Both the position numbers and the translations under genes were made by a program. The notes beneath the pieces are model-generated. The model was not told the DNA's origin. It was given only the letters and a program-made list of their open reading frames with translations, and searched no databases. 64,000 nucleotides of DNA from an uncultured archaeon (GTDB lineage: Archaea; Altiarchaeota; Altiarchaeia; JAFGQM01): contig CAZQBY010000001.1 of NCBI GenBank assembly GCA_964592405.1, positions 78,737-142,736 of the forward strand, written 5' to 3'. Below, one piece after another: positions 48,996 to 59,173 of this stretch (position 1 is the stretch's first letter; every line of letters begins with the position of its first letter).

Positions 48996-49718
48996 TTACC
49001 CTCTACTGCTGTTCTTTTTTCTTGTTACAGCGGACTTCGTTCTGCCTTTGGTCTGCCCGTTGCTCTTATTTGCTGATGCAGTTGGTGCAACTCCCTGTTC
49101 CCCCTTCTTCAACTCCTCCAGTATCTGGCGGAGAGTCTCGATGTATTCCGTGAGCTTCTTCCCCTCCGCGATAAGCAGATTCATATACTCCATGACCTTC
49201 TGTTCTTCGTCCTGAAGCTTCCTCATGTTCTCCTGCACTATTGCCTCCTCATCCTCTATCCGCTTTCTTATGAGGAGATACTTCATGGATGTATCAATGG
49301 GTTTTTCCTGTTTTGCCGGTTCCGGCTTCCCAACAGCCGGAGTAGCCGTGGTGGTCATGGCAACTGCTTTTGCTTCTCCTGCAGGCTTCTGTGGGACTTG
49401 TGCCTTCACTGCAGGTGCAGTTACACCTGCGGCTGGAGCAGATTTTGTCTCTTCGGTCTTCAATCCCGGGGCTTGGATGCCCTCCTTGCCACCTCCTGTC
49501 AGAAGGGTGTCAAACTTGGGTCCTCTCTTGACAAAGGCTCCGCCTATGACGGAGTAGTGTAGCTCCACAAGTCCAGCCTTCTCCAGCATACGCGTCCAGC
49601 TCTCTATGTGCTCTTTATCTGTTCCAAGTTCCTTGGCGGCATCCGAGACCTTAATAGTGTCTTTTTTCTCTAACAACTCTACGAGCTGATCCATGCTTGT
49701 CGAGACCCCCTCATCCAT
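48996..49718 (-). CDS. wHTH plus Ala/Pro linker plus coiled-coil protein
   Basis: N-terminal DAAKELG...WTRMLEKAGLV wHTH, homologous to the C-terminus of 44963..46474. Confidence 0.8.
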   Translation of the reverse strand: MDEGVSTSMDQLVELLEKKDTIKVSDAAKELGTDKEHIESWTRMLEKAGLVELHYSVIGGAFVKRGPKFDTLLTGGGKEGIQAPGLKTEETKSAPAAGVTAPAVKAQVPQKPAGEAKAVAMTTTATPAVGKPEPAKQEKPIDTSMKYLLIRKRIEDEEAIVQENMRKLQDEEQKVMEYMNLLIAEGKKLTEYIETLRQILEELKKGEQGVAPTASANKSNGQTKGRTKSAVTRKKNSSRG

Positions 49719-49719
49719 C

Positions 49720-50514
49720 TCAGAACACCTGTTCTTCCAGATATATAACTATTCCCTCATCCCCTATCTTGAAAGGCACCATCTTTTTCAGATGGTTGGT
49801 GAATCTCATCTTGAGGACCTCTATGGCTCGTGTCCTCACAGAATCCCGCCTTATGTTATAAAGGACAACCACACCATCAACCACAAATTCCTCAATGCCG
49901 TTTCGACTATACACATTGGGTTCCTGCTCACATTCAGTGGTAACCAGATTAACTGAATTATATCCCCTTAATGAGTCAAACAGCACTTTGATATACGCCC
50001 TGTATTTCCTATCGTCCGAAAATGCTACTGCTAGGTCCGAGAGCGAGTCTATTATAACCCTGTCTGGATGAAATGGCATGGTGACCTCTTTTATATCCAC
50101 GGACATGTTCTTCAACCTGCCTATAACCTGCTCGATGCTCCTCTCTTTGACTATTGTCTCAATTGAGCGGGCGATATCATACGGCTCAACCCTTTTTATA
50201 GCAAAATTTCCATTTTTCTCAAGTTTGTCCAGATCCCAGCCGAAACTGTTATACATGTGGCCCTTTATCCTCTCGGGTTCCTCATTTAGCGAGAAAAACA
50301 CAACCTTCTCACCATTCAGGGCAGCGTGATATGCTGACTGGGTGACAAACATGGTCTTCCCACTGCCACATCCTCCTGATATTAAAATTGTACTGCCTCT
50401 CTCTAATCCCTCCGTATCTAGCATTCTGTCAAAGGTGGAGACATATGTTGGTGAATACTCCAGATTGTAGGGGTTTTCCACCTCAGGACCGCCGGTATCC
50501 ATTCTTTTTGCCAT
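49720..50514 (-). CDS. KaiC/RecA-superfamily ATPase
   Basis: GGCGSGKT, RVIIDSLS, EEFVVDGVVVL, VLKMR. Confidence 0.9.
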   Translation of the reverse strand: MAKRMDTGGPEVENPYNLEYSPTYVSTFDRMLDTEGLERGSTILISGGCGSGKTMFVTQSAYHAALNGEKVVFFSLNEEPERIKGHMYNSFGWDLDKLEKNGNFAIKRVEPYDIARSIETIVKERSIEQVIGRLKNMSVDIKEVTMPFHPDRVIIDSLSDLAVAFSDDRKYRAYIKVLFDSLRGYNSVNLVTTECEQEPNVYSRNGIEEFVVDGVVVLYNIRRDSVRTRAIEVLKMRFTNHLKKMVPFKIGDEGIVIYLEEQVF

Positions 50515-50558
50515 TTTCTATTTTTGTCTGATTAAACATCTCCTATATAAGCAGCTTT

Positions 50559-50882
50559 CTAGTCAGCTGCAAAGCCATACATCTCTCCCACTCTCTTGGC
50601 TGCCAGGGAAGAGCCGGATATCAGTGCAAAGAGGGCTACCAGAAATATGGTAACCACATAGAAGTTACTGTCTCCGGCCAGTTTCTCCATCTTTAACAGC
50701 ACCATTATCCAGCAGGCAAATACTATAGCCACTATAGTCAGAGCGACCAGGTAGCGGAAAAGGTTGCTTATCAGTGTATCGGTTATGCCCTTTCCTGCCT
50801 TCCTCAGCCATGCCAGCGAGATGAAACCCATGGCGATGATGAGGTATATGATCACCACAAGTATTGCATCATCCATTTTCAT
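50559..50882 (-). CDS. Small 3-TM membrane protein
   Basis: Three hydrophobic helices; overlaps the upstream gene's stop. Confidence 0.75.
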   Translation of the reverse strand: MKMDDAILVVIIYLIIAMGFISLAWLRKAGKGITDTLISNLFRYLVALTIVAIVFACWIMVLLKMEKLAGDSNFYVVTIFLVALFALISGSSLAAKRVGEMYGFAAD

Positions 50883-51444
50883 CGAGTGTGATTACAGCAT
50901 CACAGAACTGAGTAAGCTGACTGATAAATTCCGGGTCTGTTTCCTTTTCAACCGACATGAGTATGCCCCTCAGGCCCCAGACACGCATCCTGCCAGTCAG
51001 GAAATGGCTGAACTTGGCCACAGTCCCAACACTCCGGTATATCAACAGTGTGGAGAGCGAATCCATAAACAGAAACTTGTCCTCAGAGGGTATGTGCCGG
51101 ATAGCCTCCCCCATCGCCACACCTATACCGGTCAGGTTTTCGGGTGTGTCAAGATAAAAAACCTTCTTGTCATTCTGGTCTATCTCTCCCCCCGATGTCT
51201 TGGTTATACAGTCGATGAAGAAGAGATTGTCAGTCTTGATTCCCTCTTCCTCAAGTATTCTTTTCATTGTCTTATAGGGCTTATTGACTGTTATATAAAC
51301 TCCGGGCAGATTTTCCTCATTGGCAAGCACCCTGAGTATCTCAATGTTTGTCTTCTGGTAGTCAACACTTTTCACGTTTATGAGAACTATTAGGTTCTTG
51401 GGCAGAGATCTTATGTAATCCAGCAACTCCTTCATATTCTTCAT
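50869..51444 (-). CDS. Inactivated KaiC-like domain protein (DUF835-like)
   Basis: GVYITVNKPY, FFIDCIT, FMDSLSTLLIY, FCDAVI; no Walker A; start at 51444 or 51435. Confidence 0.78.
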   Translation of the reverse strand: MKNMKELLDYIRSLPKNLIVLINVKSVDYQKTNIEILRVLANEENLPGVYITVNKPYKTMKRILEEEGIKTDNLFFIDCITKTSGGEIDQNDKKVFYLDTPENLTGIGVAMGEAIRHIPSEDKFLFMDSLSTLLIYRSVGTVAKFSHFLTGRMRVWGLRGILMSVEKETDPEFISQLTQFCDAVITLDENG

Positions 51445-51517
51445 ATTCTTAATATTATAGACACCTATTAATGTCGCAGAGAATAAAAAAGGAGTTGGGT
51501 CGTTCCCTGAGCCGTTC

Positions 51518-52339
51518 TCAAAATCCAAAAAACCGCCTCTTTTTCTCTTTTTCCCTAACCTCTTTTCTCATTGCCTGCAGGGCCTCCCTCACCTTCTCGG
51601 CATCAAGTTCACTATCGCCTTCTGTAAGTACCTTCTGCCACTCGTTGAGTGTTCTTTCCGCCTCTGCTTCAATACTGCTCCCGCTCAGGATATCCACACC
51701 CCCCCATTCCTCATGGATATCGCCCCCTTCCATCCTTGGAACCCTAAGCATTCGCACGTTGCGTTCCCTTTTAATTTCAATAGTCCCCTCGGTCATTGAT
51801 TCTACAGCCGTTACTATATGGGGCTCAAACATGCCTTTTTGCATCTCAAGCAGACATACAATATTTTTCCCCCTAACTATCTGGCTTATCCTCTGTATGA
51901 ACTTAAAAACAACATCCTTCTTGTTCATGAGGAAAAGATAAGATAGGTCATCAACTATCATCCTCGGATTCTCGGACTCAAAACTGGAGGTGAGGCGCTC
52001 ACAGTTGTAGGCTATGTCTATCAGATCCTCAAAGTTACCCACCAGGGAGGGTACCCTTTTATTGACCACACCATTGTATAAGATGAACTTTACATTGGGA
52101 TTGTCCCGCACATTCCATCCGCACCTTTCCATACTTAACAGGGCGCGGTCTAGGGAGTAATTTGTCAGCAGATAAATGCCTTCATCATTGTTGCTGGCAC
52201 CCCGGTAAAGGAAGTTCCTGAGCAGTGTAGTCTTACCGGCTCCGGGTTCACCTATCACGAGTATCATCGAACCCGGTATCAGGCCGCCGCCAAGCATCTC
52301 ATCCAGCTTCTCCAGACCCGTAGAGACCCTTTCCATCAT
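51518..52339 (-). CDS. KaiC/RecA-superfamily ATPase
   Basis: RVSTGLEKLDEMLGGG, GEPGAGKT, IVDDLS. Confidence 0.9.
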   Translation of the reverse strand: MMERVSTGLEKLDEMLGGGLIPGSMILVIGEPGAGKTTLLRNFLYRGASNNDEGIYLLTNYSLDRALLSMERCGWNVRDNPNVKFILYNGVVNKRVPSLVGNFEDLIDIAYNCERLTSSFESENPRMIVDDLSYLFLMNKKDVVFKFIQRISQIVRGKNIVCLLEMQKGMFEPHIVTAVESMTEGTIEIKRERNVRMLRVPRMEGGDIHEEWGGVDILSGSSIEAEAERTLNEWQKVLTEGDSELDAEKVREALQAMRKEVREKEKKRRFFGF

Positions 52340-52490
52340 CCAGCACCATCAAAATATACCACAAAATATTTGTGCATCTGTGCATCCGCCATATTGCCTA
52401 CATTATATTTGCTTATCAAGACTTAAAATCTGACTTTGACTCTTCCTCTTCTTCTAGTGTGTCTGGCATGCTCCGTTATGTCCTAAGTAT

Positions 52491-54620
52491 CTATGTCTTA
52501 AATTCCCAGATCTCACTCCAGTCGCCCCAATTGCCGGCATTGTCCTGCGCACGGACGCGCCAGGAATACCACTTGTTGTTGGAGAGGCTGGAATCGTAAT
52601 GGTAAATTGTTTCCCAGACATATACATCTATTTCGGGGTTATCCCAATCGGGAGCGCTCTGATCGCACTGTAACTGATAGCGATATATCCCACTTGCATC
52701 GGATGCTGCAAACCAGGCAAAGGTTGGATCCCTCTCCACTCCTGTCTCTCCATCAGCCGGAGAGATAAGCTGTGGAGTTGTCGGTGGATTATTGTCCCCG
52801 CCGGTGCAGTTGGCCACAAATATCACCGTCTCAGTAGATGGGGTTTCGTAAAGCCCGTCATTATCTACGGCCCTTGATATCAGGGTGTATTTATTTGTCT
52901 CCTGCGGGGTGAATGTGTAATTCCACCAGCCCCCATCCCATGTGGTGTTATACCATACACCGTTTATTGACAGTTGCACTTCCTCTACATCACCATCACA
53001 GTCATCGGCACTTCCATTAATATGAACGGATGAGCAGCCCTCCCGCAGGGTATCATTGGCAGGTTCTAGGACTATGGAAACGGGCGGGACTCCAGATGCA
53101 TTGACCTCTGCGGTATCAAGTGAATATGCGTAAGCATGCTGGCAGTCCAGTCTAAATTCATAGGTCCCTCCTGCACAGACACCCATTACAGGAGATCCTG
53201 TCTTGTTTGCCCAGTAGAGATAATCCACCCATGTAGCCCCGGTGTTTGGGCTGACACCATGCTCAGCCAGATCATAAAGGCTGACAAGGGTCTCTATGCC
53301 TATGTATGGATTGCCGAAATGCTCCAGAGACTGGTTCATGTACTTCTCTGAGAGGTTTAGCCTTCCATCCAGCCGGTCGAAGAAGGAAGGGCCATTCGGG
53401 TATCTTTCATCGCAACCTGCCTCATATTGCGTCACGTTGCTTATAACATAGCATGTGGTATTTACCTCATCACTGCTGTAGCCTAGTAGAACATTATGCA
53501 CGTCACAGTCGGGTATGTTCTTTATCAGCGCGCATGTTCCGGTGGTGAGATACCCATCCTGACAGTCCGGATCCGCCTGATGCCCCTGGCCCTGCTGGGT
53601 CTCATTGTCTATCTTTCCGGTGGCAGATATCCATGGTATAGTCACATTGCATTTGTCTACAAAGCTACTCTCAGGGTCGTTCTTTGCGTATTCTATGACA
53701 CCTGCCAGGTGGTGTGGATTTGTTATGTCGAAGCAGTCGTATTCCAGTCCGGAACAAGCACCAAAGGCCATGTCAAATACAAGTATAACATCGTTTATGT
53801 CAGACGTCGTGGCGCAGTACTCGCCAAGACCGGGATCATCCTTTATATTGGAATAGAAGACTATATTGCCTGCCCCGGTCCCATCGCCCCAGTTCTCCGT
53901 GCTACATCCGGCAAGACTCTCGATGCTGATATCCGGACTGCAGTTGTAGATGTACTTGGTAATCCTGTTGCTGGTGTGCAGTGGATAGAGCGGGTCCTCA
54001 AGACCTATTATATCCGTCAACGACTCAAAAGTGACGTTTGTTCCTGTATAGTAGCACAGTCCTGTTTCATCCTCAATCCGCACATTGTTATCCAGGATTA
54101 TTGCGAAGTTCCATGCATTGTAGGGGACTATGGTAATGTTCTGGATATCTATGTCCAGTGAGTATCCCCTCTCCTCAGCATCTGCCTCTATCCTGTCCAG
54201 CCATATGGGAACTGTGTGGTTGACCATGTAGGTGACGTTCTGGCCATAAAGGGTGCCGCAGAGTACCAGCTCAGCCAGTGCCGCCTCGGAGCCGTTGTTT
54301 GTATAGACGTAGTCAGTACAGTTATGGAAGGTGTAATTATGCAGGGTTCTGTTGTTTGTGACAACATCGTCTATAGCATAGATGGCAGCCCGCCTTCCAA
54401 AAATAAGCATGGCCCTCTCCAGGTCATACTCAACATCCTGCACAAAATAATAAAGCTCATCACATCTTATACGCCCTGACAAGTCCTCCAGTTTTGTTCT
54501 TGTTGTGCTGGTATAAAACAGTATCAGCAGTGTCAGTGGTATGACTAAAAGTATTACGGCTATTGTGTACAGGTAGCCCCTCCTGCCTATCCCTCTTCCG
54601 CTTTTTGGTTTTATATCCAT
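52491..54620 (-). CDS. Large pilin-like adhesin with C-terminal Ig/Fn3-like domains
   Basis: Class III-like signal RRG|YLYTIAVILL; Cys-rich; C-terminal SRAVDNDG and WRVRAQDNAGNWGDWS. Confidence 0.82.
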   Translation of the reverse strand: MDIKPKSGRGIGRRGYLYTIAVILLVIPLTLLILFYTSTTRTKLEDLSGRIRCDELYYFVQDVEYDLERAMLIFGRRAAIYAIDDVVTNNRTLHNYTFHNCTDYVYTNNGSEAALAELVLCGTLYGQNVTYMVNHTVPIWLDRIEADAEERGYSLDIDIQNITIVPYNAWNFAIILDNNVRIEDETGLCYYTGTNVTFESLTDIIGLEDPLYPLHTSNRITKYIYNCSPDISIESLAGCSTENWGDGTGAGNIVFYSNIKDDPGLGEYCATTSDINDVILVFDMAFGACSGLEYDCFDITNPHHLAGVIEYAKNDPESSFVDKCNVTIPWISATGKIDNETQQGQGHQADPDCQDGYLTTGTCALIKNIPDCDVHNVLLGYSSDEVNTTCYVISNVTQYEAGCDERYPNGPSFFDRLDGRLNLSEKYMNQSLEHFGNPYIGIETLVSLYDLAEHGVSPNTGATWVDYLYWANKTGSPVMGVCAGGTYEFRLDCQHAYAYSLDTAEVNASGVPPVSIVLEPANDTLREGCSSVHINGSADDCDGDVEEVQLSINGVWYNTTWDGGWWNYTFTPQETNKYTLISRAVDNDGLYETPSTETVIFVANCTGGDNNPPTTPQLISPADGETGVERDPTFAWFAASDASGIYRYQLQCDQSAPDWDNPEIDVYVWETIYHYDSSLSNNKWYSWRVRAQDNAGNWGDWSEIWEFKT

Positions 54621-57247
54621 AGTACCAGCTCAAGCTGTGCCGGTCCCCAGAGGGAGCGAACCCCTCCAATACTGCCGGTGTCCAGACTTATCTGATTTGC
54701 GTCAAACTTTATATCCAGCCTGCCGTCATCATCCAAATCGAGCATTGAGAACAGGCGGTAGGTTGCATCCGCAATGGCATCGTTCGTTGAATAGCTGATA
54801 TTACCCGGCAGGTAGGTGCATATGCTGTTGCCTGTATATGTCTCGGGTATCGCAAGCGTTGTCGTGTCTCCATCATCAAATTCAATGTCCCAGTTACACC
54901 CCTCTGCGGATGGAAAGACATTGCCATACGGTGTGGAGCCGCCCATCTTTATTGTTACTATCGCCCGGTTGTCCAAGGAACATCCTGTCTCGTTTGTGGG
55001 GGAATCCCCTGTGGTCAGTTGTATGGTGTTGTTTTCACCCGAGTTGATGTAATCGGCAGGTATGCTGACGATGTATGGGTCCCCCAGGACAAAATAGTCT
55101 GTGCCATAATCGCTTAGGCGATAGGCAACCCTGGTCCCGTGGCTGTTCTGCACGTGTAGGTAGTGTGTCCAGTGCTCCGAGGAATATGATGTAACCTTGG
55201 CATCTATGGCCTCTACATCAGAGGGCAGGTAAATGTGCCCCAAACATGTAGTATTGTCATTAAACCTTTCAGTATCATATGTCAGTGAAAGCTCACCATA
55301 CCCAAGTGATGGGCTTGCGGGATCATAGGTGTAGTGTATGTAGGAACCGGGATCAAGTCTCGACCATGTAACCGAGCCCGTGAGGTTTACTATCTGCGAC
55401 TTTATCGCCCCGGATACTATGTTTTCCGCAAAGAGGATATAGCAGTTTCTCAAATCCGCGGGATCCCTGCTGGAGCAGTAGGACCCGTTCCCCACCTCGG
55501 CTATCCTTGCCATTGTATAGTTGCCATTGTAGCAGTCCTCGACCGGGCCGAAGCCGACGGAGTGGATGGTAGCAGGTATGTCATCATGGGCCCTCTGGGC
55601 GGACCATATGGCATTGTTTATAGCTCCATCACACTGGCTACCACTACAATCGGATGAACCCCCGCCGCATACCCATATCAGCCCTGTTGTGCTTGTTCCC
55701 TGTGAGTTGCACCATGCCCACCACCACCACCCGGTTATTCCACAACAGTAGTTGGTTATTCCATCGCTCATTACTACTATGAACTTCTCTCTCTCCGGCG
55801 ATGACTGGGAGTTTAGGATGTTATATGCCCTGTTTATGGCACAGCAGATACACGTTCCTCCGGACGCATAATACCCGTCTATCTCGCTCTCAAGGCTCTC
55901 CTGATCTGTAGAGAGGCTGTGGTAGTCATTGGCATTGTTGCGGAAGCTCACAAGTCCCACACGATTGCCCGTATTGTTTAGTATTATGTCAACAAACAGC
56001 TTGTCAAGGCATTTGGCAAGGCTTATCCTGCTGGTGTCATTATCCAGCAGATGGGAGTCATTACATTCCCTGTCCACACCGTCAACACTGTCGGCGTAAC
56101 CTGTTCTCCACGCCATGCTTCCTGAGGTGTCTGTTATGAGTATAACATCCGCATTGCCTGCCTGCACAACCTCGGAGATGTTGGATGTGCCCAGCCTTAT
56201 GGGCACAGTGTTCTCGCTCAGGGCATTGTAGTTCAGCTTTGTCTGCAGGTAAGAATCATCCAAATCAACAGTCTGTGTGGATGCACTTCCTGTGGAGTTG
56301 TATACCAGCACATCTCCTATCTTCAGGAACGTTGTGTAGTTGTTGTCAAAGACCAGATGGATGTCCATGGATTCCAGTGTGCCCGGCACATAGAAAGAGG
56401 AGTAGTAATTTATCAGCCCGTCTATCCCCGGGAATTCAAAGGTCTTCTCCCCGGTATCGGAGGTCTCGTTCAGGAGGCTTGTATTGTATGTAACCCTTAT
56501 GAATCCCCCCCCTATAAACCATTGCTGTTCATCACTGCCCGTGAAATCAATTTCTATAGTGTTTTTGCCTGTGGTGAATGCACAGGAACTTATGTCTTCC
56601 TGAATGTCGGCCGAAAGGTATCCGCCAGAGGGCGTATGCGGATTATTGCAGGATTGTCCGTTTACATACATATTGAACTGGCTCCCCGCATCCATCTCCA
56701 TATATGCGCCTGTTATGGTAACGCCGTTCGGAACATACAAATATTTTGTCAGGTTGCCCTGTCCGGCAAAACCTCCAAAGTAGGCATAGACCGAGCTGGT
56801 TTTCTGTGTTATGCCGGTCAGGAAGCCCCTGGCCACACTGCCTATGGTGGTCCGGTTCTTTTCATATCCGGCCAGCAGGCGCATTGCGGAGGTCTTGGCT
56901 ATCGCGCTGCTTTCGGGAACCCTTGCATTATAGGCTACACGCTCCCTGTCAAACAGCACTTCGTAACCAATATTTGCCGGAACCAGTAGATCAAAATACT
57001 GCCTGCTCAGATTGGCGGCACCACTCTCGTTCCCTCCGACCCACTCCTGTCCTATCCTGTCGAGTATGCCCATCTTGTTCATCACGTCAAGCACGTCCTC
57101 AGAAATCGCATGGAGGTTTATAAATGCTATTGTGGTGGTTTCACTTAGGTCTGTATAGCGGTAGGCAGACATGGCCAGGAATATCAGGAGTATAAACATC
57201 ATTGATATTACTGCATCCAGCGTAAGGCTAAATCCTCGTTGTTTCAT
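54611..57247 (-). CDS. Pilin-like adhesin with vWA domain
   Basis: QRG|FSLTLDAV signal; MIDAS DTSGS, GGT, VMSDG, SVGFG. Confidence 0.87.
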   Translation of the reverse strand: MKQRGFSLTLDAVISMMFILLIFLAMSAYRYTDLSETTTIAFINLHAISEDVLDVMNKMGILDRIGQEWVGGNESGAANLSRQYFDLLVPANIGYEVLFDRERVAYNARVPESSAIAKTSAMRLLAGYEKNRTTIGSVARGFLTGITQKTSSVYAYFGGFAGQGNLTKYLYVPNGVTITGAYMEMDAGSQFNMYVNGQSCNNPHTPSGGYLSADIQEDISSCAFTTGKNTIEIDFTGSDEQQWFIGGGFIRVTYNTSLLNETSDTGEKTFEFPGIDGLINYYSSFYVPGTLESMDIHLVFDNNYTTFLKIGDVLVYNSTGSASTQTVDLDDSYLQTKLNYNALSENTVPIRLGTSNISEVVQAGNADVILITDTSGSMAWRTGYADSVDGVDRECNDSHLLDNDTSRISLAKCLDKLFVDIILNNTGNRVGLVSFRNNANDYHSLSTDQESLESEIDGYYASGGTCICCAINRAYNILNSQSSPEREKFIVVMSDGITNYCCGITGWWWWAWCNSQGTSTTGLIWVCGGGSSDCSGSQCDGAINNAIWSAQRAHDDIPATIHSVGFGPVEDCYNGNYTMARIAEVGNGSYCSSRDPADLRNCYILFAENIVSGAIKSQIVNLTGSVTWSRLDPGSYIHYTYDPASPSLGYGELSLTYDTERFNDNTTCLGHIYLPSDVEAIDAKVTSYSSEHWTHYLHVQNSHGTRVAYRLSDYGTDYFVLGDPYIVSIPADYINSGENNTIQLTTGDSPTNETGCSLDNRAIVTIKMGGSTPYGNVFPSAEGCNWDIEFDDGDTTTLAIPETYTGNSICTYLPGNISYSTNDAIADATYRLFSMLDLDDDGRLDIKFDANQISLDTGSIGGVRSLWGPAQLELVLWI

Positions 57248-57309
57248 TTTGCATTTTGCACCTTTTTCAATTCCATCAGTCCCAAATCATTGTCCTTGGG
57301 TGCCATTGG

Positions 57310-57816
57310 TCATATCCAGACAACAAAGTTGAATCTTATTATTGTATTATTGAAAATGGCTGTCCTCAAAATGGCAAGAGTCTCTGTTTCATCCACCGGC
57401 ATCTTGCCGGCTATGAAGTCTCTTCCGTTGATTTTGACTATGGAGCCGTTCAGATATGTGGCATTCATATAAAACTCATACGGATCTATGCTCACAAGAT
57501 ACTTGTTTTCATCATAGTTGGAGCCGTTTGAGTCCATAAGATCGATGAAATCCAGGGCTTTTGTTTTGTTTATTATCCTGTCCTCGCTCGACAGCCCCGG
57601 CACATCCACCGTGAAGTAGTTCCAGTCCTCCGGCGTGCCGGGGGTTCTTATCAGCTGCTCAACGGCCTGGAAGGCTATTTTCTGCATGTTTCGGAGGTTC
57701 TCTGCGCGATTTATGTCCTCTGTGGTGCTGTTCCACAGGAAGAGGGCCATGGCCAGCGATGCCAAGAAAACGAATGTCGCTATCGCAATGTCTCCGCTGA
57801 AGAGCTGTCCTTTCAT
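57310..57816 (-). CDS. Minor pilin-like protein
   Basis: MKG|QLFSGDIAIA plus hydrophobic helix; ATGA overlap with the upstream gene. Confidence 0.8.
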   Translation of the reverse strand: MKGQLFSGDIAIATFVFLASLAMALFLWNSTTEDINRAENLRNMQKIAFQAVEQLIRTPGTPEDWNYFTVDVPGLSSEDRIINKTKALDFIDLMDSNGSNYDENKYLVSIDPYEFYMNATYLNGSIVKINGRDFIAGKMPVDETETLAILRTAIFNNTIIRFNFVVWI

Positions 57817-58661
57817 TTTAGTTCTGTTATGAGGGTATATGTGCCATTGTAAGAACAATCTGGAGAATCCACATCCAGTCCAAGTATGTAGGTATTTCCT
57901 CCCTGAACACTAAACACATGACTTGTTTGTGTCTCGAGCTGGAATATACTTTCAGGTGAGTTGCACCCATTTGCCGTATAGTCATAGAATATCATATCAG
58001 TTTTGTCCGAACCGGTCATGGTTCCGCTTCCCCGGAAGGTTATCTTGAGATTACCGCTCTTTTCGGGAACTATCTTGTAGATATGCCACTCATCCGTAGA
58101 ACACCCATAAAAAGAACACTGGCTTATGCTGTTCTGATGAATCTGCACAGGGTCCGGAACGTCGCAGGTTGGACAGGTATCAAAATCGCCCGCATCGCAG
58201 CTCTGGACGCTCCCACATCCCATATCTGACAATCCGCAGATGTCGTTTACCAGAACTTCGCCATAGGAATTATATACGCAGTTTGATTCACTTTCCCCCT
58301 TCTCCAGATGCACTATTGTAACGTTGTCTGTGACGAGCGGAGCTACCGTGTTCTCGTCAGCATAATTAATCCACAGGAAATTATCACCAGCTGAGATATT
58401 GTATTCAGTATTTCCGTAGAGGACTTCAGGAACCGAGAAATATCTGTAATATCCGTGCCCATTTATGGAGATTACGTTGATGTTGTCTGCTATGCTTGTG
58501 GCCACCCTCTTTGCATCAAGATATCGCTGGAATTTGTATGACTCGTCCTGTTTTTGGAACACTATCAACAGTATCACCAAAAAGACGAGCATTACAAATG
58601 ATACCACCACATTGAACTCCGGGCTCCCTTGGGATTTACATCTCATCCTTCCCTTGGCCAT
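57813..58661 (-). CDS. Minor pilin-like protein with Cys-rich C-terminal domain
   Basis: KS|QGSPEF plus hydrophobic helix. Confidence 0.78.
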   Translation of the reverse strand: MAKGRMRCKSQGSPEFNVVVSFVMLVFLVILLIVFQKQDESYKFQRYLDAKRVATSIADNINVISINGHGYYRYFSVPEVLYGNTEYNISAGDNFLWINYADENTVAPLVTDNVTIVHLEKGESESNCVYNSYGEVLVNDICGLSDMGCGSVQSCDAGDFDTCPTCDVPDPVQIHQNSISQCSFYGCSTDEWHIYKIVPEKSGNLKITFRGSGTMTGSDKTDMIFYDYTANGCNSPESIFQLETQTSHVFSVQGGNTYILGLDVDSPDCSYNGTYTLITELK

Positions 58662-58700
58662 CGGGCTCTTGCCTATTATGTTGCCTATTTATGATACAGG

Positions 58701-59159
58701 CTATTGGTATATGTTTATGGTCCCGTTGTAGACGGACTCATAATCCGTTGATTCGACTGTCAACACATAATACCCCTCTTTTGATGGAAAGGCAGTCGAG
58801 CTGCCATAAAGATCCCATCCCACCTCTCCTCGCGTCGATCTCCAAACATCAGTGTGGCTGCCAGCAACATTGACTGCAAGGTTGATGGTTTTGTTGGCAA
58901 TGAAGCTACGGGTTTCATCTATGTCACTCGGGATATAAACACTGATTTTCAGTTTGGTCGGGTGGCCGTGTATGTAGACAAAGTCTGCAGCCTCCTTCAT
59001 CCGGGTCACGGCTCTTTCGGCGCTGTTTATGTCTATCTCTTTCTCCGAACTGTTAATGCGGTTATAGGCTGCGACAAGCAGTATCAACAGTACAAGCATG
59101 GTGAATCCGGTCAGGACTAGATACTCCATGGCTGCCTGGCCTCGTCTCCTGCTTGTCAT
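58701..59159 (-). CDS. Minor pilin (class III signal)
   Basis: RRG|QAAMEYLVL. Confidence 0.88.
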   Translation of the reverse strand: MTSRRRGQAAMEYLVLTGFTMLVLLILLVAAYNRINSSEKEIDINSAERAVTRMKEAADFVYIHGHPTKLKISVYIPSDIDETRSFIANKTINLAVNVAGSHTDVWRSTRGEVGWDLYGSSTAFPSKEGYYVLTVESTDYESVYNGTINIYQ

Positions 59160-59173
59160 TTACCTTTTAATGT

